A stretch of DNA of 64,000 nt from assembly GCA_963699155.1 (NCBI GenBank), contig OY969414.1, positions 939,757 to 1,003,756 on the forward strand, in the 5' to 3' direction. The position numbers and the translations under genes are program-made. Under the pieces are notes generated by a model. The model saw only the letters and a program-made list of their open reading frames with translations. It made no database searches and was not told where the DNA came from. The stretch is from an uncultured Chlamydiales bacterium (GTDB lineage Bacteria > Chlamydiota > Chlamydiia > Chlamydiales > JAAKFR01). Positions within the stretch are counted from its first letter, which is position 1, and each line of letters opens with the position of its first letter. Positions 31,168 to 40,782 of this stretch are shown here, piece by piece.

Positions 31168-34125
31168 TTAAATGTTGAATAGGGGGAGCGCTCTCTCTTT
31201 CAAGAGCGCATTTTCTTTTTCGAGAAGCTCTTTACCGGCAAAAGTGACCACCACGCTCTGGTCTAGGCCTGGAAGAAGAATCTCTTTGGCAGTCTGCTGG
31301 ATCTCTTCTCGTCCGCAATTGAGCAAGGCTTCTCGAAAACGTTGTCGCATTTCAGGTGTCCTTCCACCGCGGAAGCGGTGATAGGTGGAGATGGAGCGCG
31401 ATCCGGGAGGCGTGGGAGCGTCCAGATCTTGAAAGAGACCCAGTTTGGCCTCTTCGATATCTTTGCTGAGGATTTTTTTATTGACAAGAGCATGAACCGC
31501 ATCAGAAAAGGCCTTCAAAGTCGATTTGAGATGGGGATCGCGATAGGCGTAGAAATAGAATTGGCCCGCTAAGATACTGTTGACCGCTCCAGTGCCATAG
31601 GCTCCTCCTTGCTCCCGAATTTTTTTATGTAGCGTGCGATTTTCCATAATTTCCGAAGCGATGCTGAGGGCAGCCGCGTACGGATGGGTATAGAGGACAG
31701 AGGGGAAGAGCATGGCGGTAAAGGCAACAGGAGAGGAGATGATCCGCGCCTGCGACTTTTTTTCTGCATGGGGATAGTGGCTATCCCAAGGAGGTAGCTG
31801 TTTGGGGGGGATTTCTCCCAAGCCAAAAAATGCCTCTTGCTTAAGCTGGTAGACCATTTCAGGATCGCAACTGAGCACCAAATGGGCTCCTGCTGACCCT
31901 AAGCACTCATTTTGAATTCGCTGTAAACTTTCAATGAGTGGGATTGCATGGCTCTCAAATTCTTTTACCCTCTCTTTTAGCCAGTGATAATAATCGAGTC
32001 CAAACCAGAGATTATTGATGCGTGAAGAAGTGGAGAAGCCACTAGCAGCGAGGTTGACCGCATATCTCAAGGAGCTATTTTGGATGCTATGCTCGACCGC
32101 ATGGAGATGCTGCATCAACAGCTCGTTCAAGCGTCCGGCATCGGTAAAGTCGACGCTGAGCACCATATCCCTGAAAATGGGAAAGAGTTTATCGACTTTA
32201 CGGTTCAGCGCCTTGCCCCGCAAAGTCAGTGAAGGGCGCATTTTTTCAGTGGTGGTGGCCTGCAGATTCAATTCGAGAGAAGCTCCCACACCCCCTGTAT
32301 GCTGGAGCAGATATTCGAGATGCTGGTCATAAGTTCTTCCGCCGCACCCCAATTGAGGCAAAAGTAGAGTGAATAGGCGAACGAGAGGAAGATCCTCCTC
32401 AGCAATGTAAGGGAGGTCGAAGACGAGGTCTGCATAGGTGAGCTCGTTGGTGAAGCAAGGGTGAGCAAAGAGAGTAAAGTCTCCAAAAGCCTCCCTGATG
32501 AGGGGATACTCTTTTCCCTCCTTCTGAACATCGCTCAAACTTACTTTAGGAAGGGTATCGAGATTCTCCTCAGCAGAGCTCTCCTGGTAGCTCGCCAGCT
32601 CTTTGGCTTGGTCCAGAATTTTGTGGCTCTCAGGCTCTGTCAATGCGTGCTGAATCTGGCCCAGACGCTCTTGTTCATCAGCTAGCTCTTTGGCGGCGAG
32701 CGTGGCGTCAGGCTCCATTTCTACACAGATAAAGTGGTGATTTTTGAGGAAATATTTCTGGATCAGAGTGGGAAAGTAGCTGGGATCTTTTACCTTTTGA
32801 TGGAGCTGCTGGAAGAGGGTATGGATCTTTAAACCATCTTCGGGATGGCCTCCATGCTGCTTCAACAGGGCAGAGCGCCAGAAAAGGGAGAGACCATAGG
32901 GAGAAGAGTTCCCGGTAATTTCCGTCCGCGCAAGCTCAATTTGATGGATCGCCGCATCGATCAGATGGCCGGGGATGCCCTCACGCACAATCTGTTCGAG
33001 AACATTACGCACAATTTTCTCGATCGCCTCTCCGCTCTTTTCCTGACATCCTTTACAGACGATGATAAAGGGGGCTTCGCTGATTTCGAGCTCAATCGTT
33101 GTGTCCGCCTGTTTGCATAAACCAGATCTCAACAGCGCCATCTTCAGCGGGGCGGCATCTGTTCCCGAAAGGACCACATCGAGCACTGTGAGAGCGAGCA
33201 GCTCTTCCTGTTCTAAGATGGAGCAGGTGAGCCAGGCAAGCCCTATGAGTGTTTTGTCGCTCTTCTCCTCTTCCTGAGATATAGGATAGTGAGTTTTGAC
33301 CTGTACGGGGCCTTTGAAGCGGGGTTGTTTCGGTAAAAAGGGGAGAGGCTCTACTTTTTTTACCCCATCAAAGGCATGCTTTTGGAGAAAGTCGAGATGC
33401 CCTTTGATCGGTAGATTGCCATAAAAGTAGAAGAGACAACGGCTGGGATGATAAAAGTTAGAGTGGAAGGCCTTCAGCTCCTCATAAGTGAGGTCGAGAA
33501 TCTCCTTGGGATCGCCTCCCGAGTTGATGCCATAGGTCAAGTTGGGAAAAAGCGCCTGCATCAAGGCCTCGCTCAAGCGGGAGTCTGGATTGGCCATCGC
33601 CCCTTTCATCTCATTAAAGACGATCCCTTTGAAGACCAGAGGGGTCCCTGGATCGTCCGGCTTCAGGAATTCGAGCCGGTGACCCTCTTGCAAGAAGCTG
33701 AGTCGCGAGAGTGTCGGATGAAAGACCGCATCCAAATAGACCTCTAACAGATTGTAAAAGTCTTTGGGCACCTGTGAAGAGGCGGGGTAACAGGTGAAAT
33801 CGGGCCCCGTCAGCGCATTCATGAAGGTATTTAAGCTCCGCCTGCTCATGCTGAAGAAGGGATCGCGGATTGGAAATTGACGTGAGCCACAGAGAACCGT
33901 ATGTTCGAGAATATGGGCCACACCATTCGATTTATCAGGATGGGTGCGAAACGAGAGGTTGAAGAGATTTTCCTCATCATCATTGGCAATCTGCATGATT
34001 TGAGCCCCTGTGGGCTCATGCTCCAGCTCCAGCAAAGTACTCTGAATTTCAGGTATAGCTGTGAGCCTTCTAGCTACGAAATGGCCATAACGATCCCCCA
34101 CACGCTGGAAGGCAGATGGTGTCAT
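31168..34125 (-). CDS. M16C zinc metallopeptidase (presequence protease/insulinase family)
   Basis: HILEHTVLCGS (HxxEH), FMNALT, IREQGGAYG, YRDP. Confidence 0.92.
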   Translation of the reverse strand: MTPSAFQRVGDRYGHFVARRLTAIPEIQSTLLELEHEPTGAQIMQIANDDEENLFNLSFRTHPDKSNGVAHILEHTVLCGSRQFPIRDPFFSMSRRSLNTFMNALTGPDFTCYPASSQVPKDFYNLLEVYLDAVFHPTLSRLSFLQEGHRLEFLKPDDPGTPLVFKGIVFNEMKGAMANPDSRLSEALMQALFPNLTYGINSGGDPKEILDLTYEELKAFHSNFYHPSRCLFYFYGNLPIKGHLDFLQKHAFDGVKKVEPLPFLPKQPRFKGPVQVKTHYPISQEEEKSDKTLIGLAWLTCSILEQEELLALTVLDVVLSGTDAAPLKMALLRSGLCKQADTTIELEISEAPFIIVCKGCQEKSGEAIEKIVRNVLEQIVREGIPGHLIDAAIHQIELARTEITGNSSPYGLSLFWRSALLKQHGGHPEDGLKIHTLFQQLHQKVKDPSYFPTLIQKYFLKNHHFICVEMEPDATLAAKELADEQERLGQIQHALTEPESHKILDQAKELASYQESSAEENLDTLPKVSLSDVQKEGKEYPLIREAFGDFTLFAHPCFTNELTYADLVFDLPYIAEEDLPLVRLFTLLLPQLGCGGRTYDQHLEYLLQHTGGVGASLELNLQATTTEKMRPSLTLRGKALNRKVDKLFPIFRDMVLSVDFTDAGRLNELLMQHLHAVEHSIQNSSLRYAVNLAASGFSTSSRINNLWFGLDYYHWLKERVKEFESHAIPLIESLQRIQNECLGSAGAHLVLSCDPEMVYQLKQEAFFGLGEIPPKQLPPWDSHYPHAEKKSQARIISSPVAFTAMLFPSVLYTHPYAAALSIASEIMENRTLHKKIREQGGAYGTGAVNSILAGQFYFYAYRDPHLKSTLKAFSDAVHALVNKKILSKDIEEAKLGLFQDLDAPTPPGSRSISTYHRFRGGRTPEMRQRFREALLNCGREEIQQTAKEILLPGLDQSVVVTFAGKELLEKENALLKERALPLFNI

Positions 34126-34130
34126 AGGAG

Positions 34131-35183
34131 TTACCAAGAGAGGTTGCCGGCAGTCTGGTATTCGGTCACCCGGGTTTCGAAGAAGTTTTTCTCTTTAAAG
34201 AGATCGATCGTCTCGCTCATCCAGGGAAAGGGGTTTTTCGAACCGTAGATCGCTTTGAGGCCGATTCGTTCGAGGCGGCGGTCGGCGATGTGCTGGACAT
34301 AGTCGCGGAACATGGGCGCTCTGAGGCCGAGAATGCCGCGGGGGAGACAATCTTTAGCATAGGCGATCTCGAGTTCTACTGCCTGCTCAACAAGTGAGAC
34401 CACTTTACGCTGGAAGTCGGCTGTCCATAACTGGGGATTTTCTTCCTTGATCCCATTGATCAGGTCGATGCCGAAATTGAGGTGGATCGACTCATCGCGG
34501 AGGATATATTGGTACTGCTCACCGATTCCAGTCATCTTATTCTGACGATGGAAGGAGAGGATCATCACAAAGCCGCTGTAGAAGAAGATCCCTTCCATGA
34601 TTAAGTAGTAGCCGACCAGATTTTCGAGGAACTTCTGGGCACCCTCAAAAGAGGCTGTGGAAAAGCCGTCACTCAAGACATCGGCTGTCAGCTTCATTTG
34701 GAACTCATCTTTTTCACGGATGACACGGTTTTCGTTGTACATGTTGAAGATCTCTCCCTCATCCAACCCGAGAGATTCACAGATGTAGAGAAAGGTATGG
34801 GTGTGGACAGCCTCTTCAAAAGCTTGCCGGAGGAGATACTGGCGCGCTTCAGGATTGGTGATGTGTTTGAAGATGGCGAGGACGATATTATTTCCCACCA
34901 GACTTTCTGCGGTGCTGAAGAAGCCGAGATTGCGCAAAATGACCTGTCTCTCATCGTCTGAGAGTGTTTTCGATTTCCAGATTTCGATATCTTTCGCCAT
35001 CGGCACTTCGGTGGGAAGCCAGTTGTTGGCGCATCCATTCAGATAGTGCTCCCAGGCCCATTTATACTTGAGGGGCATCAGCTGGTTGACATCGACCGTG
35101 TTGCAGTTGATCAGCCTTTTAGAGCTAGCATCGACGCGTTTTTCTTTTCCTGAGTGGATCTCTGGTTTTTCTAAAGTAAGCAT
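34131..35183 (-). CDS. nrdB: Ribonucleotide reductase beta subunit, class Ic (Mn/Fe)-type
   Basis: [18 protein letters not shown] (Phe at the radical-Tyr position), [26 protein letters not shown]. Confidence 0.95.
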   Translation of the reverse strand: MLTLEKPEIHSGKEKRVDASSKRLINCNTVDVNQLMPLKYKWAWEHYLNGCANNWLPTEVPMAKDIEIWKSKTLSDDERQVILRNLGFFSTAESLVGNNIVLAIFKHITNPEARQYLLRQAFEEAVHTHTFLYICESLGLDEGEIFNMYNENRVIREKDEFQMKLTADVLSDGFSTASFEGAQKFLENLVGYYLIMEGIFFYSGFVMILSFHRQNKMTGIGEQYQYILRDESIHLNFGIDLINGIKEENPQLWTADFQRKVVSLVEQAVELEIAYAKDCLPRGILGLRAPMFRDYVQHIADRRLERIGLKAIYGSKNPFPWMSETIDLFKEKNFFETRVTEYQTAGNLSW

Positions 35184-35201
35184 TTCTATTTCCTTTTAAT
35201 A

Positions 35202-38200
35202 TTATTGACAGCTTTCACAGGTTCCATCCAAGTTACACGCAATCGGCTTCTCCTCTCTCTGAACGACGATGCGTGCAGAGGCCGATTCGCTCTTCATCCA
35301 GCGGGGCTGTAGACCCCTCTTATTGATATCTGTGGTCGATTTCTCTATATGGGTTGCCCCTAAAGCGCGCAAGTAGTAGGTTGTCTTTAACCCCTTTTTC
35401 CACGCCATCAGATACATCTGATTGAGCTTCTTCCCACTTGGTTCAGCAAGGTAGAGGTTGAGAGATTGCCCCATATCGATCCATTTCTGGCGTCGTTCTG
35501 CGCATTCGATGATCCAGTCGGGCTCAATTTCGAAGGCGGTCAAAAAGAGATTTTTGATCTCCTCAGGGATCCGTTCGATCTCCATGACTGACCCGTCAAA
35601 GTATTTCAGGTCATCGATCATATCGTGATCCCAGAGCCCTAGCCCTTTCAGCTTATCCACGAGCCAGGGGTTCAAGACAATGAATTCACCGGAAAGGTTC
35701 GATTTGACGAAGAGATGGTTATACATCGGTTCGATCGATTGGGTCACCCCAGTGATATTGGAAATGGTCGCTGTGGGAGCGATCGCCATCGTATTGCAGT
35801 TGCGCATCCCATGTTTTTTGATCGAATCTCTGACGGGAGTCCAATCGAGGCGGTTGCCGGTATGCAGCTCGACATACTCTTGTCCTCTCTCTTGTTTCAG
35901 CAGTTGCAGCGTATCGATCGGGAGAAGGCCACGGTGCCATTTCGAGCCTTTATAGGAGGAATAGGTGCCCCGTTCCTTGGCCAGTTCGCTCGAGGCTTGA
36001 ATGGCGTAGTAGGAGATCAGCTCCATGCTTTCGTCGGCAAATTCAACCGCTTCGTGGCTGGCATAGCTGATACCTAGTTTATAGAGAGCATCTTGGAAGC
36101 CCATAAGTCCCAATCCGATCGCACGGTGGCGCAGGTTGGCCTTTTTCGCCTCTTCGATAGGATAGAAGTTGATGTCGATCACATTGTCGAGCATCCGGAC
36201 AGCGGTGCGGATCGTTGAGGCGAGCAGTTCCCGATCGATTCCCTTCTCATTGATGTGGGCCAGCAAATTAACCGAACCCAGGTTACAGACGGCGGTCTCC
36301 TCAGCAGAGGTATTGAGCAAAATCTCGGTGCAGAGATTGGAGCTATGGACAACCCCTGCATGGTCCTGGGGAGAGCGGATATTCGAGGGATCTTTAAAAG
36401 TTATCCAGGGGTGGCCCGTTTCATAGAGCATGCCGAGCATTTTTCTCCACAAAGAGGCAGCCTCAATCTTTTTGAAAAGCTTGAGTTTTCCCTGCTCCGC
36501 CATCTTTTCATACTCGACATAGCGCTCTTCGAATGCTTTGCCATAAAGATGGTGCAGATCGGGCACATCGTTCGGACTAAAGAGCGTCCACATCCCATTC
36601 TCAACCACCCGCTTCATAAACAGATCGGGGATCCAATTGGCCGTATTCATGTCATGGGTGCGCCGTCTCTCATCTCCCGTATTTTTCCGCAGCTCCAGGA
36701 AATCCTCGATATCCAGATGCCACGTCTCCAAGTAGGCACACATTGCCCCCTTACGTTTACCGCCATTGTGGGCCAAGCCTGCCGTCGTCATATAGGACTC
36801 ATCGCCCTCTACTTTGAGGTCGCAAACGAAGGGTGTGGGAATCAGCGACCTACTTTTTTTGAGTCGGGTGAAGAGATGGTTGCCGCGCACCAGCCAATTG
36901 TATTTAGTGAGCGGCTGGCAACCGACCAATGAGGCGATCTCCTCTACAGCAGGAATGCGGACATCATAGTTCGTCGTTGTGCAATCAAACTGAGTCGTCG
37001 ATCCGTCGGATCGTTTTCCCTCATGTTGATGACGTCGGGTACGGCAATTGCCGGCAGTGGGGATTCCCAAGCGAAGACATTGGTAGCGCACGCCTTCAGC
37101 CAGCTCTCTAGAGGTATTGCAGAAGGTGATCTCCTTGTTTCGGGAAACGTTTCCATCGGTCTCCAAAAGACCTTGTAAGAGTGCCAAAGTCTGTTGACGA
37201 GGGAGATGAGCAAGCCTAGAAGCGATTCTCTTATTCCCTTTGCCATCATAAAGGTCGTCATAGTCAAAGGGAAGCGTATCTGAGCCGCTGCCAATGATAC
37301 GGCCTGTAGTGGCATCTCTGACAGCCCCTCTTCCTGCAGCCCAATGCACCTGTAGATAGTGTTCTCCTCGTCCACTTTCCCAAAAATGGATGCCTCTTTG
37401 GATTAAGTAAGAACGGACAAATTCTAGATGGTTATCTTTTGTGGGATTTCCGGAAATTCCCCACTGCATACCATCTCTAGAGAGATGGCCATCCCCAAGC
37501 AAGATACCGTAGAGGCGCGCCTCTTCGACGCCGATCTCAGCAACAGGCACAACCTCTTTGGGAATGGTCTGAGCAACATAATCTCCTCTCTGAAGTTGCC
37601 CAGCCTCGACCCATTCCCCACGGACTTTCCCCTTGTCTAGCCATTGCATGGTACGCTCTATAGCCTGTTCCATGGGCACCGAGCGGATCGCATAGAAGGG
37701 ATGTCCGGCAGTAACAGAGATCGGATCTATCGCATGTTTGAAGTCCAAAGAGACCATCGCATCGTGCTGATTGTAGAGATAGGTATCCAAAACGGTACGG
37801 TAGGTCCCGCTGGTTCCTAGAACTAAGTCACCAATTTTTACCTCTTGAATGGGTTTGATTCCCTCTGCTGTGTAGATCAATGTTTCTGGCGAAAAACATT
37901 GGTTGACCGCTACGGCGGTGTCGTTGGCAACTTTGAGGAAAGGGATAACGCCTTGGCTCCTGCCGTTGGTCCCTTTGATTTTGGAGCCGGTGGCGCGGAC
38001 GTTGGTCCAGTCGTTGCCGAGGCCGCCAGCCCATTTAGAGAGCTGGGCATCATCGGAAATCACTTTGTAGATATGGTGGAGGTCATCCATGACAGTAGAG
38101 AGATAGCAGGAGCTGAGCTGAGAGTGGGTCGTTCCTGAGTTGAAGAGAGTCGGGGTGGCTGACATGTAGAGGAACTTCGACAGCACATTGTAGAACTCGA

Positions 38201-39563
38201 TAGCTCTTTTCTCTTTCTGTTTTCCTTCATTGAGAGCGAGACCCATTGCGACTCTCATCCAGAGGATCTGGGGTGTTTCGAGGCGGCGATCCTCATGATG
38301 GATGAAATAGCGGTCGTAGAGAGTCTGTAGGCCAAGATAGGTGAATAGATGGTCGCGGCTGAGGTCGATGGCGCTAGCGAGCTTATCGAGGTCGAAGCTG
38401 AGCAAGGTGGGGTCGAGCCTTTCCAGTGAGACGGCTGTTTTGAAATAGTCTTTGAAGTACTGACGGTACAATTTGTTCAGATTGGGATGGTAGGCCTCCA
38501 CGCCGATCGTTTCGCGGTAGAGAGTATCGAGCAAAAGATTGGCTGCCACATAGGTGTAGGCAGGTTCAAACTCCACTTTAGCGCGCGCTGCCATCGTCGT
38601 TGCCAGATCGACCTCATGCTCTTTGATCCCATCATAGAAATTGGCGATGGCCAGCTCGACCAGCTCATCGGATGAGGTCTCTTTATGTCCTTTACAGGCG
38701 TGGGCAATTTTTTTTCTCAGCTCCCTTTTTCCCAATTTGTAGGTGGTGCCATCTTTGCGCACGACTGTGAAGAGGTGATCCTTCTCCTCTCCTTCAAATT
38801 GGAGTTCTGCTTCTGGTGCTAGCTCCTCCTCTTCCTTCTTCTCTTTTCTCTCGGCTCGATAGAGAATGAATTCTTTCGCAACTTCGTAATAGCCCTCTAC
38901 CATCAATGCCTTTTCGATGGCATTTTGGATCATGTCGATGCTGACCGTCTCCCCTTTGGCTGCTGTAGACATGGCAAATTCGACAATTCTGTTCGTCAAA
39001 AGGTTGACCGCTTCGATCACCTCTTGTGAGGTCGGTCCCGTCATCTTCAGGGCGCTGCGGAAGGCGCGTTCGATCGATGCCGCCACTTTGATCGGATTGA
39101 AGCGGACAAAGGAGATGCCGTCACGTCTTAAAATTTTCAGTGCTCGCGGAGAATCGAGGCGGAGCTTTTTATGCTCGTCGCGATAGATGATGTAGTCTCT
39201 CGCCACATCGTGGTGGCCTGTTTCCATCAATTTCACTTCGACGATATCTTGAATCTCCTCGACATTGAGAAGAATACCCTTCGATGCCGCTTTGATCGCC
39301 TCATCAACCACAAGGTCGGTGATCTCATCGATGATCTCTCGCATCTGTTCTAGCAATGGACGCGGCTCTTCAATTTTTTTGGTATCGCGGAAGGCTGCTT
39401 CCAACGCATTAAAGATCCGTTCGCGACGGAAAGGGACCAACATCCCATTCCGTTTCACAATGGTATATCCAGAAATTGTATCTTGTGACATCTCTTCACC
39501 CATCGAATGCTGCTCCTCTTCCAGAACGAGAGTAGCTGTTGCCTGATCAAAATCTTTCCTCAT
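35202..39563 (-). CDS. nrdA: Ribonucleotide reductase alpha subunit with three ATP cones and an intein
   Basis: QLSSCYL, SSNLCTEI, AVCNLGS, TTYYLR, C-terminal CESCQ; start at 39563 (ATG) or 39587. Confidence 0.95.
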   Translation of the reverse strand: MRKDFDQATATLVLEEEQHSMGEEMSQDTISGYTIVKRNGMLVPFRRERIFNALEAAFRDTKKIEEPRPLLEQMREIIDEITDLVVDEAIKAASKGILLNVEEIQDIVEVKLMETGHHDVARDYIIYRDEHKKLRLDSPRALKILRRDGISFVRFNPIKVAASIERAFRSALKMTGPTSQEVIEAVNLLTNRIVEFAMSTAAKGETVSIDMIQNAIEKALMVEGYYEVAKEFILYRAERKEKKEEEELAPEAELQFEGEEKDHLFTVVRKDGTTYKLGKRELRKKIAHACKGHKETSSDELVELAIANFYDGIKEHEVDLATTMAARAKVEFEPAYTYVAANLLLDTLYRETIGVEAYHPNLNKLYRQYFKDYFKTAVSLERLDPTLLSFDLDKLASAIDLSRDHLFTYLGLQTLYDRYFIHHEDRRLETPQILWMRVAMGLALNEGKQKEKRAIEFYNVLSKFLYMSATPTLFNSGTTHSQLSSCYLSTVMDDLHHIYKVISDDAQLSKWAGGLGNDWTNVRATGSKIKGTNGRSQGVIPFLKVANDTAVAVNQCFSPETLIYTAEGIKPIQEVKIGDLVLGTSGTYRTVLDTYLYNQHDAMVSLDFKHAIDPISVTAGHPFYAIRSVPMEQAIERTMQWLDKGKVRGEWVEAGQLQRGDYVAQTIPKEVVPVAEIGVEEARLYGILLGDGHLSRDGMQWGISGNPTKDNHLEFVRSYLIQRGIHFWESGRGEHYLQVHWAAGRGAVRDATTGRIIGSGSDTLPFDYDDLYDGKGNKRIASRLAHLPRQQTLALLQGLLETDGNVSRNKEITFCNTSRELAEGVRYQCLRLGIPTAGNCRTRRHQHEGKRSDGSTTQFDCTTTNYDVRIPAVEEIASLVGCQPLTKYNWLVRGNHLFTRLKKSRSLIPTPFVCDLKVEGDESYMTTAGLAHNGGKRKGAMCAYLETWHLDIEDFLELRKNTGDERRRTHDMNTANWIPDLFMKRVVENGMWTLFSPNDVPDLHHLYGKAFEERYVEYEKMAEQGKLKLFKKIEAASLWRKMLGMLYETGHPWITFKDPSNIRSPQDHAGVVHSSNLCTEILLNTSAEETAVCNLGSVNLLAHINEKGIDRELLASTIRTAVRMLDNVIDINFYPIEEAKKANLRHRAIGLGLMGFQDALYKLGISYASHEAVEFADESMELISYYAIQASSELAKERGTYSSYKGSKWHRGLLPIDTLQLLKQERGQEYVELHTGNRLDWTPVRDSIKKHGMRNCNTMAIAPTATISNITGVTQSIEPMYNHLFVKSNLSGEFIVLNPWLVDKLKGLGLWDHDMIDDLKYFDGSVMEIERIPEEIKNLFLTAFEIEPDWIIECAERRQKWIDMGQSLNLYLAEPSGKKLNQMYLMAWKKGLKTTYYLRALGATHIEKSTTDINKRGLQPRWMKSESASARIVVQREEKPIACNLDGTCESCQ
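36765..37898 (-). mobile_element. Intein with LAGLIDADG homing endonuclease (378 aa) in NrdA; +1 residue is Gly
   Basis: Starts CFSPETLI, block B SVTAGHPF, LAGLIDADG motifs LYGILLGDG and LLQGLLETDG, ends LAHN; removing it restores AVAVNQGGKRKGA. Confidence 0.93.
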
Positions 39564-39614
39564 AATGACCTCAAAATTCGCTTGCAAAAAATAGCATCAA
39601 TTTGCTGCGAGAAA

Positions 39615-39661
39615 ATACTAGGGATTGTGCTGTTTTGGTAATATAGCACTATATATAGTAG
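39615..39661. promoter_or_regulatory. Tandem NrdR boxes upstream of nrdAB
   Basis: ATACTAGGGATTGTGC (39615-39630) and GCACTATATATAGTAG (39646-39661), 31 bp apart, resembling the NrdR palindrome. Confidence 0.8.
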
Positions 39662-39788
39662 CTATATCCGCTTTCTGTCCACCGAAATTTCTAACTGGTT
39701 TGAAAAGAAAAAGTTTACGTTCTTGTGCGGGGGCTGGGAGAGTCGAAATCCCCAATTTTTTTCCAAATTTCTGCCTCATTTTCACCAT

Positions 39789-40658
39789 TTAGGAAGTGAG
39801 TTCGCCGTTCACGTTTTTAGGAAAAGCTTTAGGAGTGATCTGCATGCGGAAGGCTTCTCGAATGAGCAAGCTAGCTTCACGCGTCACTAGAGGGATATTG
39901 CGATCGAGCAACCAGTGACGATGGGGGTCTATAGAAGAGTCGCCCGCATTGTATGTGGCAAAAGCCACTGTTTCCGAAGAGAGGGGCAACGCTTCTTGGA
40001 CCGCCATCCAATAGTCACCACTCCCTTCGCTCTGGCGCCACTCATGAGTACGCGCTTGAATCGCTTCGTGGTCGAAGACAAAGGTAAGGCCTTTTCTGTC
40101 AGCATAGTTACGATATTCATCTGCTGTAGAGAGAAAGAGACCAAAACCTCTTTTAGCTAGACCGCATTGCAGCTGACCCGCTGAGAGAATGGAGCTGACA
40201 TTCCCCCATTTGGTCGCATGCAGCCAGACGGGGAGGGGAAGATCTTTTCCGCCCTCAATAGCTTGGACAGTTTGCTGAAAATAGGTGTCAACTTCAGTGT
40301 GCACCTCCAGTGCCAAATCCTCCGGACAGCTCTTCCGAAACGCCTCCCAAACCATTTTGACAAGCTGAACTTTTTGGCTGTTGACGATGGGTGGTGGTTT
40401 ACTTTCCGTTGCAGTGCACCTTCTAGCGATGAGGAGGCTTAAAAAGGCGGTGAGATCCAGAGCTGCTAAACCGCCGCCCCCTTCAAGGAGTGCTTTGGTC
40501 GTGAAGGCCTGAACTGAGGTGGGAATTTTTAGAAAATTGAGAAGAGTAACCACTCCCAAAGCAGCAGAAATGGCGGCAATGGCACCTATAGTGATCAAGG
40601 GCGCCTTGACCTTCCAACTAAAAAAAGTTGAAAATGAAGATGAAAGTGGGTTAATCAT
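39789..40658 (-). CDS. Hypothetical protein with an N-terminal membrane anchor (putative effector)
   Basis: Ser-rich N-terminus, two hydrophobic segments, soluble C-terminal domain with WLHATK...SIL...GLFLST. Confidence 0.65.
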   Translation of the reverse strand: MINPLSSSFSTFFSWKVKAPLITIGAIAAISAALGVVTLLNFLKIPTSVQAFTTKALLEGGGGLAALDLTAFLSLLIARRCTATESKPPPIVNSQKVQLVKMVWEAFRKSCPEDLALEVHTEVDTYFQQTVQAIEGGKDLPLPVWLHATKWGNVSSILSAGQLQCGLAKRGFGLFLSTADEYRNYADRKGLTFVFDHEAIQARTHEWRQSEGSGDYWMAVQEALPLSSETVAFATYNAGDSSIDPHRHWLLDRNIPLVTREASLLIREAFRMQITPKAFPKNVNGELTS

Positions 40659-40782
40659 AGAAATATTGTAACATCAATTTTTTAAGTTTTTATTAAAAAT
40701 GGCCACTTTTGCTCCCTGGGTCGCAAAAAAAGAAAATAGAGGGTATCATCTGTGGCCTCGAACTTTAGATAGGTCTTAAAGA

